NCBI RefSeq assembly: GCF_964188315.1
Contig: NC_135670.1
Coordinates: forward strand, 26,164,001-26,228,000
DNA length: 64,000 nucleotides
Direction of reading: 5' to 3'
Origin: Podarcis muralis
Taxonomy: Eukaryota
A model generated the notes under the pieces. That model did not search any database and had not been told where the DNA came from. It saw nothing but the letters and a program-made list of their open reading frames with translations. This document shows positions 10,551 to 23,854 of the stretch, piece by piece (position 1 is the stretch's first letter; every line of letters starts with the position of its first letter). Made by a program: the position numbers and the translations under genes.

Positions 10551-13500
10551 CTGTGGGAAGATTTGGGAAAACTGAGTTAGAGAGGCAGAGTGGACCTTCG
10601 TTCAAATCCTCACTCAGTGACAAAGCTCACTTGGTGACCTTGGGCCTGTCACCAACCTTCAGCCTGACCTATCTCAGAGGGTTCTTGTGAAGATGAAGTG
10701 GAGAGGGATGGGGCTATGAACTCTGCCCTGAGCTCCTGTTTTAGGAGAGAGTGGTGTGGCGCTCAGAACCTGCTTGTGGGCTTCCTCCTTGGGGCATCTG
10801 CCTGGCCACTGTGAGAAGAGGATGCAGGACTAGATGAGCCACTCTTCTGATCTAGCAGGCTCTTCCTATGTTCTTAACTATATTTAAGATGTATACAACA
10901 GCTTTTGGAGGATGCATCCAAAATGCTATGGGACTTTGGGTGGTAATAGTTGAGAGTGGCTGCCTCCTCGTTACCCTTTTGTGGCAGGTAAAGACTTTTT
11001 TTGTCCCAAATGGGTTTTGGGAACTATTTTTAATAGATTAGAGTGGCTGCCCCCTTTTTGTCCTTTTACTCACAGGTGAAGAGTTTGTTGTTCCAACTGG
11101 CTTTTAGGAACTCACTGCTTTTAACAAAAGAGCTGGCACCACACTGTTTTTATTGTAATTATCCGTGTGTTTAAAATAGATTTTTATATATAGTTTTAAT
11201 TCTAACAATGTTTAATTTTAATGTTTTTAGTTGCTATTATTTTTATCTGTAAGCTGCCTCTAGTCCCTGTCAGAGTAAAAGGCAGAGTATAAATAAATTA
11301 ATCATTAAGTTCAAGCCAACAGGGAATTCTGCTGTGCAAAGCACATAAAGTTAACAGGGATAAGGCAAGAACATAGCAGTGCCCCAGAGGTCTTTCCAAG
11401 GTACTGCTTATGATAGCATTCAAAACCTACCACTTGAGGTGGCTGCCTCACTTTGTACTATGTGTCTCAGGCCTGATCAATCATGCCACGCACAGCAAAT
11501 CTGATGTTTTAAGTTCACGATCCAGTTCTATCCCAAACTCGGGTCTGTAACATTAGCAGGCCGGCCTCTGGGTTGCTTCATAGAAATTTCATGTTCTATA
11601 GCTAACTACCTTGTGCTTCCCACAGCTCAGGAAGAGAGCAAACACATGCTCAGCCATGCCAGATGATTAGTTTGCTCAATCCACTGAAGCAGTTTGGACT
11701 TTGGCTGTAGCAAATGTCCTGATAACACCAAAAGTACCTAGGCAGGTTTTACAGCTGAGCTAACTCCCTCACCAGGAGAGGGTGGGGTTTTTCCCCCCAT
11801 AAAGGAAAGGGACAGAAGAATAACTGGAATCAGGCATGGCCTCACGTAGGAACCAGCTGCCTTATACTGAGTCAGGACTTATCAGCCCATCAAGCTCAGT
11901 GTTGTTGACACTAACTGGCAGCTGCTCTCTGGGGTTTCGGGCAGGTGACATTCCCAACCTAGCCTGGAGATGCTGTCAGGGACCTTTGGATGCAATACAG
12001 TTGCTTTACCCCTGAGACACAGCCCTTCCCCTGAACAAGTTGTTGCCATTGCATTCACAAAGAGGACCAGGACGTGTTTGGAACAATCCTAACAACATCA
12101 GAAAAGCTTGTTGGATCAGGCCAATGGCCACCTAGTCCAGCATCCTCTTCTCACAGTGGCCAGCCAGATGCCCCATAGGGAAACCTGCGAGCAGGATTCG
12201 AGCACAAGATCCCTCTCTCCTCCTGTGGTTTCTAGCAACTGGTAATCAAAAACCTTGCTGCCTCTAACTGGAGGCAGAGCGCAGCTATACTGGCTAGTAG
12301 CCATCCACAGGCCCTATCCACCACAATAGTTATTGTACTGATACAGCACAAGAAGGAATGAGAGCAGCATTTCCATTGGTAAGAGTCGAGTATTCTGACA
12401 AGTGAAGCTAAGAATGTAATTTAAACATCAGTGGGGAGACCGATATAGCCATCTTAAGTGCTGTAAATCTGCTCCAGCAGTGGGGGGTTTTTCCAAGGAG
12501 TGTCCTTCTGCAGAAATATTAAAAGATGATCAAGGATTCCTCTCAGGTTGGCCAAACCAATGTGATGCCCGCCAGATGTGGCTGGGGCTGATGGGAGCTG
12601 GGCTCAAAAAACATCTGGAAGGCACCCTGTTGGCTACCTTCCCCTCCTCTTGGGAGAGTATCAGTAATGGCAGAAAAACTCACTTGGAAGCAAGTTTTGT
12701 TCACCACTACCAATCTTACCCTACAATGTGCAGCCTCAGAGGACTCTATGCTCTGTGCTGGTAATTGCCGGTAGACGAGCGCTGAACAGAATCCCAAAAG
12801 CCTGAAAATCTCTGTGCTATAGAGAACAATCATTTTCTGTTGCTTCTTACTGCCATTACTTTGTTCAAATTATAGAAGCGGAGAATTAAAATGGAGTGTT
12901 TAAGATCAATTTTTAAAATGTGTTAGGATTGCGTTTTTTCCAAGAGGAAAATGTGAATATTTCCTTGAAGAGCAAACTGAAAATAGTGTGTGTGTGTGAG
13001 AGAGAGAGAGGGGGGGGATTTAAAATTGCAATATTAAGTTAATCAATTTGGGAAGGCAGGAGTAGGAAAGTGGATTGTATTTTTCGATGCGGTGGAGTTT
13101 TTTAAAATTTAGATTCTGTTTTGCTGCGAATGGCAACGGCTGTTGGGGCTCTGGGCTCAAATTGCAACATCATATTTGTTGTGTCACCCAGTACACAGGC
13201 CAGCCTAAAGGCCAAATTCAACAGAGAGGGGGGAAATGTTACCAGGAGGAACAGTTCTTACCTTTCTTCCTCCTCTGTCCTTTCCAAGTCCAATTTATTC
13301 AATGAAATCAACAAAGATGCAGGCTTCAGGGTTCAAAGACCAGGGATGGTGAGAGCGGTGGTGATCCAGGGCTTGGTCCGAAGCAGGAATACCAAATTAG
13401 TTTTCAAAGGGATCAAAGGTCCTCTTTCTTGTACCAAGAATGGGTCTCAGAAACCCAGCTCAACATTGCTCAAGGAAGTGGTGGAGAATAATGGGGTGGA

Positions 13501-14483
13501 GAGGCAGCATAGAAAATGAATAGCAAGAAGACAGATGTTGGAAAGCGGGCAAGTTAAACCAAAATAAAAAAAGGAAACTAACATTTAAGCGAAAGGCTCT
13601 TTAGGACTGGAACATGGAGGCATTCCCCCCCCATGAATGTTGCTTTCCCAGTTCTCCGGGATTGGGTTTTCTTTTAATGCTAACAACTTGATATTTACTT
13701 TCCATTTAAATTTGTGATGCTGCTATAAATTATCAACCAGGCTCTTGTTCCCTTTGAGTTTATAACTAACTACCTGGGTTACTTATTGTTCAGGTAACAA
13801 AAGGGAGGTGAGAAGCCCTTAAAAAAAGGGACCTCAGAAGCCCAGCGAAAAGGGAAGCTTGAACTGGTGCTGGGAAAAGGGTCGGAGAAGGATAATAAGG
13901 GGCACCAGTGTCAGCAGGCCGAGGCCTAGCAGGTGGGAAGCAGCCTGCGAGACAGTGAACATTGAACAGGACCACTTTGAACTGCACTATGAAAGAATGA
14001 GCTAGTTCACTCTTCAATCATTTGAAAGAAGCTCAGGGTTTCCCTTAACTCTGTGTTTTGTTTTTTTAAAATGTGTTCTGCTGCTTTTTGAGGAACTTCC
14101 TCCACAAAGCAGCTTCACAATCTCCACTAAAAAAACCCAACTCCACTAAATTACAAAATAGAAAAATGCAAAATACAGGAGCACAGTAAAACAGCAATAT
14201 GGAGTGGAGCACAGGAATACAATACAAAACTGTTCAGCTCTTTATTATCGCCAATGACCAGTATTCATAGAATACAAAATGTAAAGCATGAGTGGGGAGT
14301 GCTCTGGTGCTCGAATCCTGCTTGAGGGTTCCTTACTGGAGCATCTTGTTGGCCACTTTGAGACCAGGACTATAGTGAGGCCCCTTTGGCCTGATCCAGG
14401 AATAGGATAGGAATAATGTGCCATAATGTTCTAAAGAGGTTGACTCAACAATCTCCATGTTGTGCAGACATACTTAATAGCTA

Positions 14484-15062
14484 CAGTGGTACCTTGGTTC
14501 TCAAACTTAATCAGATCCGGACATCTGTTCCAAAACCAAGGCGTTCCAAAACCAAGGCGTGCTTTCCCATGGAAAGCGATGTAAAACAGATTAATCCATT
14601 CCAGACTTTTAAAAAGAACTCCTAAAACAGCAATTTAACATGAATTTTACTATCTAACGAGACCATTGACCCATAAAATGAAAGCAATAATCAATGTACT
14701 GTACTATAAAATAAATAAGACAGTATTGTAGATTATACCTGCACTGATGATAGTCATTGTTTGGATGAGGGGCTTTTATCCATTTCTGCAGTCACATAAT
14801 CAATCAATCAATCAGTAGCTGAACAGGGTTCCACACGATCACCAAAACAAATTAACCAGAAAAGCCTCAACAACAAAAATGCAAAATAAATAGCAAAAAC
14901 AAAAGCTCCAAACTTAATCCATTTCGGAAGTCCATTTGACTTCCAACAGTCAACAGCCACATTGGACATTCGGCTTCCGAAAAAACATTTGAAAACCGGA
15001 ACCCTTACTTCCGGGTTTTCGGTGTTTGAGAACCAAGGCATTTGAGAACCAAGGTACCACTG
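14484..15062. mobile_element. Tc1/mariner-pogo (Tigger-like) MITE
   Basis: TIR CAGTGGTACCTTGGTTCTCAAA / TTTGAGAACCAAGGTACCACTG with a TA TSD on both sides. Confidence 0.85.
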
Positions 15063-15413
15063 TATATAATAATATTACTATTACAATTAATTTATTAACC
15101 ACCTTCTAAACCACCATCTCTGGGCCCTTTACACATAAGATAATGAAAAACACTTTATAAACACAAAAACGACAAATAAATTTAAAACAAGACTAAAACC
15201 CTAACAAGTAGACACTCATGGTAAATGTAAATTTATTTAGCTGGGACAGCCTGCTAAACAGAGGAGACTGAACAGCATCTTCTAGTGTTGACCCAACATC
15301 TACTACCAGAAATGTCATTGGTTGATTCTCCTTGCTTCTCAGGACTCATAGGGAGAAAGGACATGAAGGGTCATCTACTGTAGTCCAACCCACAGTAACC
15401 CTCTTTCATGTAG

Positions 15414-15779
<366 letters not shown>

Positions 15780-17210
15780 TGATGCTTGCTGAATTTCCAT
15801 GCCTGCAAAATGTCGCTCCTGTTAGTTGGACAAAACATGGCCAGCAGTTTCAAATGTGCTGTGAGGAATAAATGAATTCAGTGACTGAAAGTTGCTGCCC
15901 GAGGTGTGTCTAGGGGTTGGCAAGGTTGGCCCCTGTCAAGGGTGCAGGCCTAGCAGGCACAAAAACTGTGCCTTTCCACTCCTGCTTGGAGTGACTAGGA
16001 ACCTGGCAGCCAGCTCCACCACTGCCCTGGACGGCCAGGCAAGGTGGGTAGGCTCCTCTGATTTTCAACATTGTGCTATATCAACAGCTAAACATCACAA
16101 TATACTGATATATCACCATGTCTGAAATAAGGATGGAGCTATGTAGAGGCATTGGCTGGCTGCATGGTTTTCCCCACATTGTGATTTCTGCATAGCACCC
16201 ACCCACACATATCATGATTTGCGATATATTGCCAGGTCAAAAATTACGAAACCGATATCACGATATGGACTTCAAACTAGTTCTGGATGATATATATCAC
16301 CCAGCCCTACTGCCAAGGGTGCAAGGGATGGGGAAGCACTGATACAGGTGCTTGCCAAAGGCACAAGGGAGCCTGAGCCTCTCGTTGCTCAGAACCCAAA
16401 GGACCCACTCCCAAAGAAGAGGCTGACCACGGATCCTCTGCCTGGGCCTGTCAGTCAGCCTGCTGTGGGGATCATTCATTCATTCCTACTGCAGAACCAA
16501 AAGGAAGTCTCCATCTATTAGATGAGGCTGCCTGTTGCGTATCTAGATGAATGATCCGGCTCAGGGGAGCATTCTTCAACCCAGCCTTAGAAGATATGCA
16601 GGGAGCAACAACTTTCTGTAGGGTGGGCTTCTGTCTTTGGGGATGCTAAAAATAGTATGAACCAGGAAGTGACCTAGCCAGACAATGAGATGGGTTTTTT
16701 TTCCTACCCTTAACACATGCTTTTATATCTATGTTTCCATGCAGAAAACCTTTCTGGGGGGACGCAGGGGTACACATACCCTAAGCATTTTGTGAATCTT
16801 TGTACTTTTGTCCATTTACTGTATTTATTTTCCCCGATTTGAACTATAAAACAGTGATTTTCTTGAGTCAAAATGAGAGTACCCCTAAACATTTTTTAGA
16901 AAATGTTCTAGTGACTCCATTCCCCCCCCCCCCATGTGTCATCCCTGCCACCAACTCATTCAACTTTCTGTATTTCTGCTGAGTTGTTTTTTAGATGCCT
17001 TGCTTTGTTTGCCCCCCCCCCCCGGCTCCTCCCACCTGGTTTCTTCAAGAAATGGACAGTTAATAATAATTATTATTATTTTCAGCCTTCAACTTACGGT
17101 CACACAACAATTTAAAATACAGCATTAAAAACTGTTTAAAACAATTTAGAATCACAAGGATATGGTGGGTCAGGTGCTAAAGTCCTGGGCAAAGAGATGT
17201 GTGTTTGACC

Positions 17211-17255
<45 letters not shown>

Positions 17256-17325
17256 GAAGGAGGGAGTTCCACAACATAAGGGCTGCCCCAGCGATGGTTG
17301 CACCCCACCCTTTCTGTGCTTCCAG

Positions 17326-17512
17326 AATTCACCCATGCTGGCCAGGGCATTATGGTGGAAGATGCAATGGGAGAGGACCTGCCAACGAAGAAAGGCAGAC
17401 GCAACCGCTTCAAGTGGGGCCCAGCTTCACAGCAAATCCTCTTCCAAGCCTATGAGAGGCAGAAGAATCCCAGCAAGGAGGAACGGGAAGCCTTGGTGGA
17501 GGAGTGCAACAG
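17326..17512 (+). CDS. HNF1A: HNF1A exon 3 (homeodomain start)
   Basis: [49 protein letters not shown]; 187 nt, canonical splice sites. Confidence 0.98.
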
Positions 17513-19262
17513 GTGAATGGAGGAAGGTCCCTCTTTTAAGAACGTAAGAACATCAGAAGACGCTGCTGGATCAGGCCACTGGCCCATCTAGCCCAGCATC
17601 CTGTTCTCCTAGACGAAAAAAACTGATGCAATACATAGCACTTATCCACAATTACCTTTTGCCCTGCTGTTTCCAGGCACAAGTCTGTGCTTAAAAGTTC
17701 CTTGTCCAAGCATGGGTTTGTTTGTTTGTTTGTTTGTTTGTTTGTTTGTTTTGCCCCAGAGTTTTCCCTGCAAAAGCCCACATTTTAGCGCTCTACTGGA
17801 GAAAAAGTCCATTCTGGTTTTTCACAGATTGCTGTTTGCTCCGAATGAGCTTTAAAGAGTGGGTTTTCGCAGGGCAAGCACCAGAGTGGAAAGAAAGGGA
17901 CTTGGACACGGATATTTAAGGTGCGGACTGTGCCTGGAAAGGGCTGGTGAAAGGTGAGTTAGTTAAACTATGGGGATTGCTCCCTCTAAAGGCAGTGATG
18001 GCCACCAACTTCGATGGCTTTGGACAGAGGATTGGACAGATTCATGCAATGATAAGCCTATCAAGGGCTACAAGCCACAGTGGCCATGCCCTGCCTCCAT
18101 AGTTGGAGGCAGTGATGTTTCTGAATACTAGTTGCTGAAAACCCCAGGAGGAGAGAGTGCTCATGTGCTCAAATCCTGCTTGGGGGTTTTCCACAGGCAT
18201 CTGGTTGGCCACCGTGAGAACAGGATCCTGGACTGAATGGGCCATTGACCTGATCCAGCAGGCTCTTACTTATGTTACACAAAGTAGGGGGTGGGAAGAA
18301 ATGGGTGGGGGAAGTAAATTATTGGTTTTGGCTGAGCTGAGGCTAATAATTCCTTGCTCATTCTGCCCCCAGTTTAACTATTTCACCCCAAATTAGACCT
18401 AAGCATATAATCAGCTATGAGGTCTATGAACCTCAGGACTAAAAATGCAAAAGTACAGAGAGATCCGAGCCAACTATGGTTAGACTATAATTAATGCAAA
18501 GGAGGCGCCAAAAGTAATTACCTGAAAGCACCTCTACAGTCAGGGACGATGGGATTCTTTTGCACCCTATACTGGGATCTTATGAAATGCTTCATAGCTC
18601 AGGGGCTGTCAGCTGTGTGCTCCTCACACCTTTAAATTACATCCAAAGCACATTTTCCCCTCCTCAAATAATTCTGGACACGGTGGTTCACCCTTCACCA
18701 AGTTAAAATTCGAAGCAAGAAGTCTTAACAAACTACAGGGCTCAGAATCCTTTGAGAAAGGGGGGGGGGGGGGGAGTAGCTGAAATATCGCCCCAGATTT
18801 CATTCCATGATTTTCCAGGGAAGTGGGAACAGACGTATTTTCCTAACATGGAAAGGAGTGCTAAACGTCCACTAGATTCTACTAGATTTATGGAAGCGGC
18901 CTTTGCATCAAGTGAAGGGTCACATTAAAGGAGAAAACTCTCAGGGAAGAAAGCATTAGGGAAATGGAACAAAACACATTCCCACAGGAGGCAGTGATGG
19001 CCTCCAATAGGGATGGCTTTAAAAGAGGATTGGACAGATTCATGGAGGAGATTCATTGTGAGAAGAAAATGATGGACTAGATGGGCCACTGGTCTGGTCC
19101 AGCAGAGCTCTTCTTATGTTCTTCATGCAGCTCATATATCTTTGGAAATGGTGCAACAGACACACCACTCCTTTAATTTGAAGGGGTTCCCTTTGGAGAA
19201 ATGGCTTCGCCTTAACACAACCCCCGTCCCCAACCTGACAAATCCATGGCCTTTCTCGGCAG

Positions 19263-19492
19263 GGCAGAGTGCATCCAGCGCGGTGTCTCCCCTTCCCAGG
19301 CCCAGGGTCTGGGCTCGAACCTGGTGACTGAGGTGAGAGTTTACAACTGGTTTGCCAACCGCCGGAAGGAGGAGGCTTTCCGGCACAAGCTCGCCATGGA
19401 CAGCTACAGTGGGCCACAGCCCGGATCTGTGCCCACCTTGGGCTCTTCCTCGCTCCAGTCAGCAACGCCCCTCTCACCAAGCAAGGTCCATG
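19263..19492 (+). CDS. HNF1A: HNF1A exon 4 (homeodomain end)
   Basis: [52 protein letters not shown]; donor G|GTGAGT, 230 nt. Confidence 0.97.
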
Positions 19493-19520
19493 GTGAGTGT
19501 CAGGCACTATTTATTTATTT

Positions 19521-20330
19521 ATTTGTTTGTTTGTTGTTGTTTTTTTAAAAAATGATATTTATTAAGATTTTACAGACAAAAATGAGTTACAAAATTAAAA
19601 AGGAGCAAGTAAAAAAGTAACAAGGAAAAAAATAAAAGGTATAAAAATGCAACAGAAAAAATACAAAATACATAGAAAGTAAAAAAACAATTAAAAACAA
19701 ATCAGTATCTTCATATCTTATATTTCATTTACTTGTTTCCTGACCTCCTCACACCTCCCTTTTTTGTATTCCAGTTCACATGGTTAATTCAGCAAATCCT
19801 TTCCCTCTTTGTTTTTATCTTAATTCTATATCTTAACATATTATAACTTCATATTTTCATCTAATTATCAATCCATTTTTACATATTCTTTTTAACCTTA
19901 TTGCTAAAGCCGTTTCATTTCAATCCAACATCATTTTAACATTCATTAATTTTACAATATTTCTGCAAATAGTCTTTAAATTTCTTCCAATCTTCTTCCA
20001 CCAACTCTTCTCCCTGGTCTCGGATTCTGCCAGACATTTCCGCCAATTCCATATAGTCTATCACTTTCATCTGCCATTCTTCCATGGTGGGTAAATCTTG
20101 TGTCTTCCAATGCTTTGCGATGAGTATTCTTGCTGCTGTTGTAGCATACATAAAGAAAGTTCTATCCTTCTTTAACACCAATTGGCCGACCATGCCCAGG
20201 AGAAAGGCCTCTGGTTTCTTCAGGAAGGTATATTTAAATACCTTTTTCATTTCATTAGATATCATCTCCCAGAAAGCCTTAATCCTTGGGCACGTCCACC
20301 AAAGGTGAAAGGTGAAAGAATGTACCTTCA
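19521..20330 (-). mobile_element. 5'-truncated L1-clade LINE in HNF1A intron 4
   Basis: ORF2 C-terminus (FHLWWTCPRIKAFW..KPEAFLLG..ATTAARILIAKHWK); 19-bp TSD AGGCACTATTTATTTATTT at 19502-19520 and 20331-20349. Confidence 0.9.
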
Positions 20331-20590
20331 AGGCACTATTTATTTATTTGAAATCTCTCTCCACCCACACAACTCTTAGACTTCAGCCAAAATGACTCCT
20401 AGAGTAGCTTACGGATCAATCCCCACTACCACCATCAGTTCCTGCTCTCCAGTTTAGAATCTAAAGGACACAGCCCAAAAGGAAAGAGCGAGGAGGAGGG
20501 AGGGAGGGAGAATGGGGGAAAGCAAAGTCCAGGTCAAGTTGTTACAAGTTACAGTTCACACAATGGCCAGTTGCAGTGGAAGCATTTCAG

Positions 20591-20646
<56 letters not shown>

Positions 20647-20654
20647 CGTCCATC

Positions 20655-20960
20655 TGGCTGGGTTTCCCTAGCCACTCTAGGCGGCTTGCAACAAAATATT
20701 TAAAATACAATAAAACATCAAACATTAAAAACTTCCTTAAACAGGGCTGCCTTCAGATGTCTTCTAAAAGTCAGATAGTTGCTTATTTCCTTGACATCTG
20801 ATGGGAGGGCGTTCCACAGGGTGGGTGCCACTACCGAGAAGGCCCTCTGCCTGGTTCCCTGTAACCTCACTTCTTGCAGTGAGGGAAGTGCCAGAATGCC
20901 CTCAGAGCTGGACCTCAGTGTCCGGGCTGAACGATGGGGGTAGAGACGCTCCTTTGGGTA
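20655..20960 (-). mobile_element. L2 3' fragment
   Basis: Reverse complement of the AFSVVAPTLWN-encoding L2 tail next to (TTTC)n at about 20595-20645. Confidence 0.8.
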
Positions 20961-21178
20961 TAGCCGGATGGATTGGCTGCTGCTGGGTGACAGTTGAGGA
21001 AGAGTCTATGACATGTGGTCTCTCAGCAGAACCAGTGGAGGAAGAAATTAATGATTTAAATGAACTGCCTCACTCTGCCTAAGGGTAGGGCTGGCCCTGT
21101 CTGAGATCAGAGCTAAGCGTCCTCAGCTTAAGCACAAATTACTAAGAATTATCTCCCCCTTCTTTTGTTTGTTTATAG

Positions 21179-21387
21179 AACAATCCCCTTTGCAGCAGCA
21201 GCAGCAGCAACAACTCTCCTTTTCCGACTCTGGCATGAGGTACAACCAGCAGCCCGTCAGTGAGACAGATTCCTCAGACGGCAACCAGCACGGGGGAAGC
21301 AATTCCATTGTGACCACCCAGACCATCTTGCACCATGCTTCTTCCCCTGGCCTGTGCTCAGTTAGTTCTGCAGGGGATGCAAAGCTG
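21179..21387 (+). CDS. HNF1A: HNF1A exon 5 (5'-extended, contains Q7)
   Basis: [33 protein letters not shown]; donor CTG|GTGAGT. The in-frame acceptor is TTTATAG at 21178; the position homologous to the human exon start (21233) is preceded by TG, not AG. Confidence 0.8.
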
Positions 21388-21712
21388 GTGAGTCAAGCAC
21401 TGCCTGGGCTCGTTGGCACCACCTACTGTCGGGCTCCCTGCCTTGCGCCCTATTAGTCCCAAAGGGGAACTAGCCTCCACTGGACGGTTGGGAGCCATTT
21501 TGTTGCTGCTCTTGTTGAACAACCGGGGACCAGAAATCCTTGCAGATCTCCTGAAAGTCATCCACAAATCTGCCAGTGGTTCTACTTACTGCCAAGCTTG
21601 CCAATAAATGCAATTAATATCGCACCACTTCTAAGCTATCCCAAATGTACTTCCCACAATCCTGCAACTCAAAAAGCATGTTGATATTCTTCCCTATTTC
21701 TCCTGTGCACAG

Positions 21713-21911
21713 ATCTCTGCTCCTGGGGGCTCTCTCCCCCCAGTTAGCACCCTGACAGCCCTGCACAGCCTAGAGCAGAACCACACCCTGAGCCAGCAAA
21801 CCCAGAACCTCATCATGGCATCACTCCCAGGCGTCATGGCAATTGGGCCGGGAGACACGTCTTCGCTCACACCAGCCTTCACCAACACAGGGGCCTCCAC
21901 TCTGGTCATCG
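21713..21911 (+). CDS. HNF1A: HNF1A exon 6
   Basis: [50 protein letters not shown]; 199 nt, canonical sites. Confidence 0.96.
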
Positions 21912-21996
21912 GTAAGTGAGGAGAGACACAGGGAAGGCATGCCATTTGCACACAGTAGCAAAAAATAGCTTTCTAGTCCTCATTGTGCAGCAAGAC

Positions 21997-22332
21997 TGTT
22001 ATGTACTGAGTTGAATAGGATCCAAATTGCAGCAGACTGATTGGTCCTAGAACAATAGGATTCAGAATGCAGCAGTCTGATTGGTCCTAGAACAATAGGA
22101 TCCAGAATGCAGCAGTCTGATTGGTCCGCAGGAGCCACCCAATCCAACTCCAGGTGGAAGTGAATCCGCAATCTGATTGGCCTACAGGAGAATCCCGGAA
22201 TTAGCCAATCACGTGGGGCCCATTGTGTAAATAATGTATATAAAGCAGACATTTCAGGGGAACTTCCATTCCTCCTCACTACTGTGAGCTGAATAAAGAG
22301 CATGAAATACACACTCGACTGAGTATATTTCA
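21997..22332 (+). mobile_element. Solo LTR in HNF1A intron 6
   Basis: TG...CA ends, 5-bp TSD AAGAC (21992-21996, 22333-22337), repeated CTGATTGG (CCAAT) units, TATATAAA, and AATAAA at 22292-22297. Confidence 0.88.
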
Positions 22333-22533
22333 AAGACCCACTGAAGTAAAGCTGCAGAACAGTGCCAGGATGCTTCAAGATGACAAGCACTGATTCTCGC
22401 TTTCCACCGCTGCAAATTTCCTGCAAAAAAAGGGAGACTTTGCTCCCTGGCTGGCTGGAACTAGCTGGTGTGTTTTTTGGAGGGGGGGAGGGGAGAAAGT
22501 GAACTACTGAAGATGCTCTCTCCTGTCTTCCAG

Positions 22534-22725
22534 GCTTGGCCTCCACCCAGCCCCAGAGTGTCCCAGTGATCAACAACATGGGCAGTAGCCTCACCACCCT
22601 GCAGCCAGTCCAGTTCTCCCAGCAGCTGCACCCATCGTACCAGCAGCCCATCATGCAACAGGTCCAGGGCCATCTCAACCAGAGCCCTTTCATGGCCACC
22701 ATGGCCCAGATCCAGGCACCTCACG
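22534..22725 (+). CDS. HNF1A: HNF1A exon 7
   Basis: [52 protein letters not shown]; 192 nt. Confidence 0.97.
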
Positions 22726-23854
22726 GTAGGTTGGGGAGCCAGCAAGGCAGGGAGGGAGGCTCCCTGGAATTGTGGGCCAAAGACTCACGACAGGCCTTGT
22801 TCAACTCGATGCGGGCTACTTTGGACTCCGTGTCCCATCATCTCCAGCTACTCAGCACAGCTGTGTTCTCATCATCCAGCTGTGTTGGGTGGGGCTGATG
22901 GGACTTGTAGTCCAAAACACTTGCAGGACATCAGGTTGGGGGGGGGGAGGCTGGAGTGGAACGTTCCTGCCGCAAGATGCGGTGGTTTAGAGAAAAGGCA
23001 AGTGCAGAGAGGATGAACCTACCCTTGGCTACTAGACTTGGCAGCTAAACTGAGCCTCCATGGGCAGTGGCAGTCTGCCTCCGAATATCAGATGCTACAG
23101 CGATTGGATGGAAGGAAATGGAGAGGCTCCTATAAGCCACACAGAGCTTTGCAAAGGAAGATCAGGCTGCCCATTTTTAAAAGGAACACACAGATTGTGA
23201 GGAAAGCGTAGCTAATTGCCCCCGCCTTGTTTTATTATTATATTTCCTTGCATTTATTCCCCTCCTTTCCTCAAAGGAGCACAATGTGGCGTACGCAGTT
23301 CTCTTCCTCATTTATTCTCATAACAATCCTATGAGGTAGGTTAGGCTGAGTGTCGGTAACTGGCCTAAGGTTACCCAGTGAGCTTCATGGCTGAGTGGGG
23401 ATTCAAATCCAGCTCTCCCAGGTCCTAGTCTCTTAGTCTAACCGCAACACCACATTGGGCCTCCCTTCTTCCACCTCCTCTTAACCCCCACACCTTTGTA
23501 CAGACATCTTGAAAGCGTTCCCTTCCTTCCCCTGGTCGCCTTCTGAAATAACACCCTCCTCCTTTTTCTGTCAGCCCCAGGAGGACAGCCTCAGAAGAAG
23601 AAGCTGTGGTGGTGGTAGAGAGAGGGAACCTACCCTGCAGGGTTGTTGTTCAGGATGAAATGAGAAAGGCTCCCTTACTAAGAGCATTGAGCTTTTTGGA
23701 TGAAGGAGAGCAGGGTACAAAGGATGATTAAAAAGCAAATAAGGGATAATGGTCACTCTAGAGATGCTTGGAAGCCGGAGTTAACTCCATGGTTCCCTTC
23801 TCCCTCAAGAGTCCTCCATACAACCTCTATTCTCATGCCTTTTTGGTCCCCTAG

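Noticed and set aside
19936-20331. 131-aa ORF as a host gene
   Set aside because: It is the L1 ORF2 C-terminus bounded by a TSD.
22028-22130. Regularly spaced direct repeats of about 42 bp as a CRISPR-like array
   Set aside because: They are tandem units without unique spacers inside a eukaryotic solo LTR.
22726-22898. Exon 7 read-through frame open for about 57 codons as an alternative C-terminus
   Set aside because: The extension runs through MITE-derived sequence and no nearby poly(A) signal was found, so it is unsupported without RNA data.
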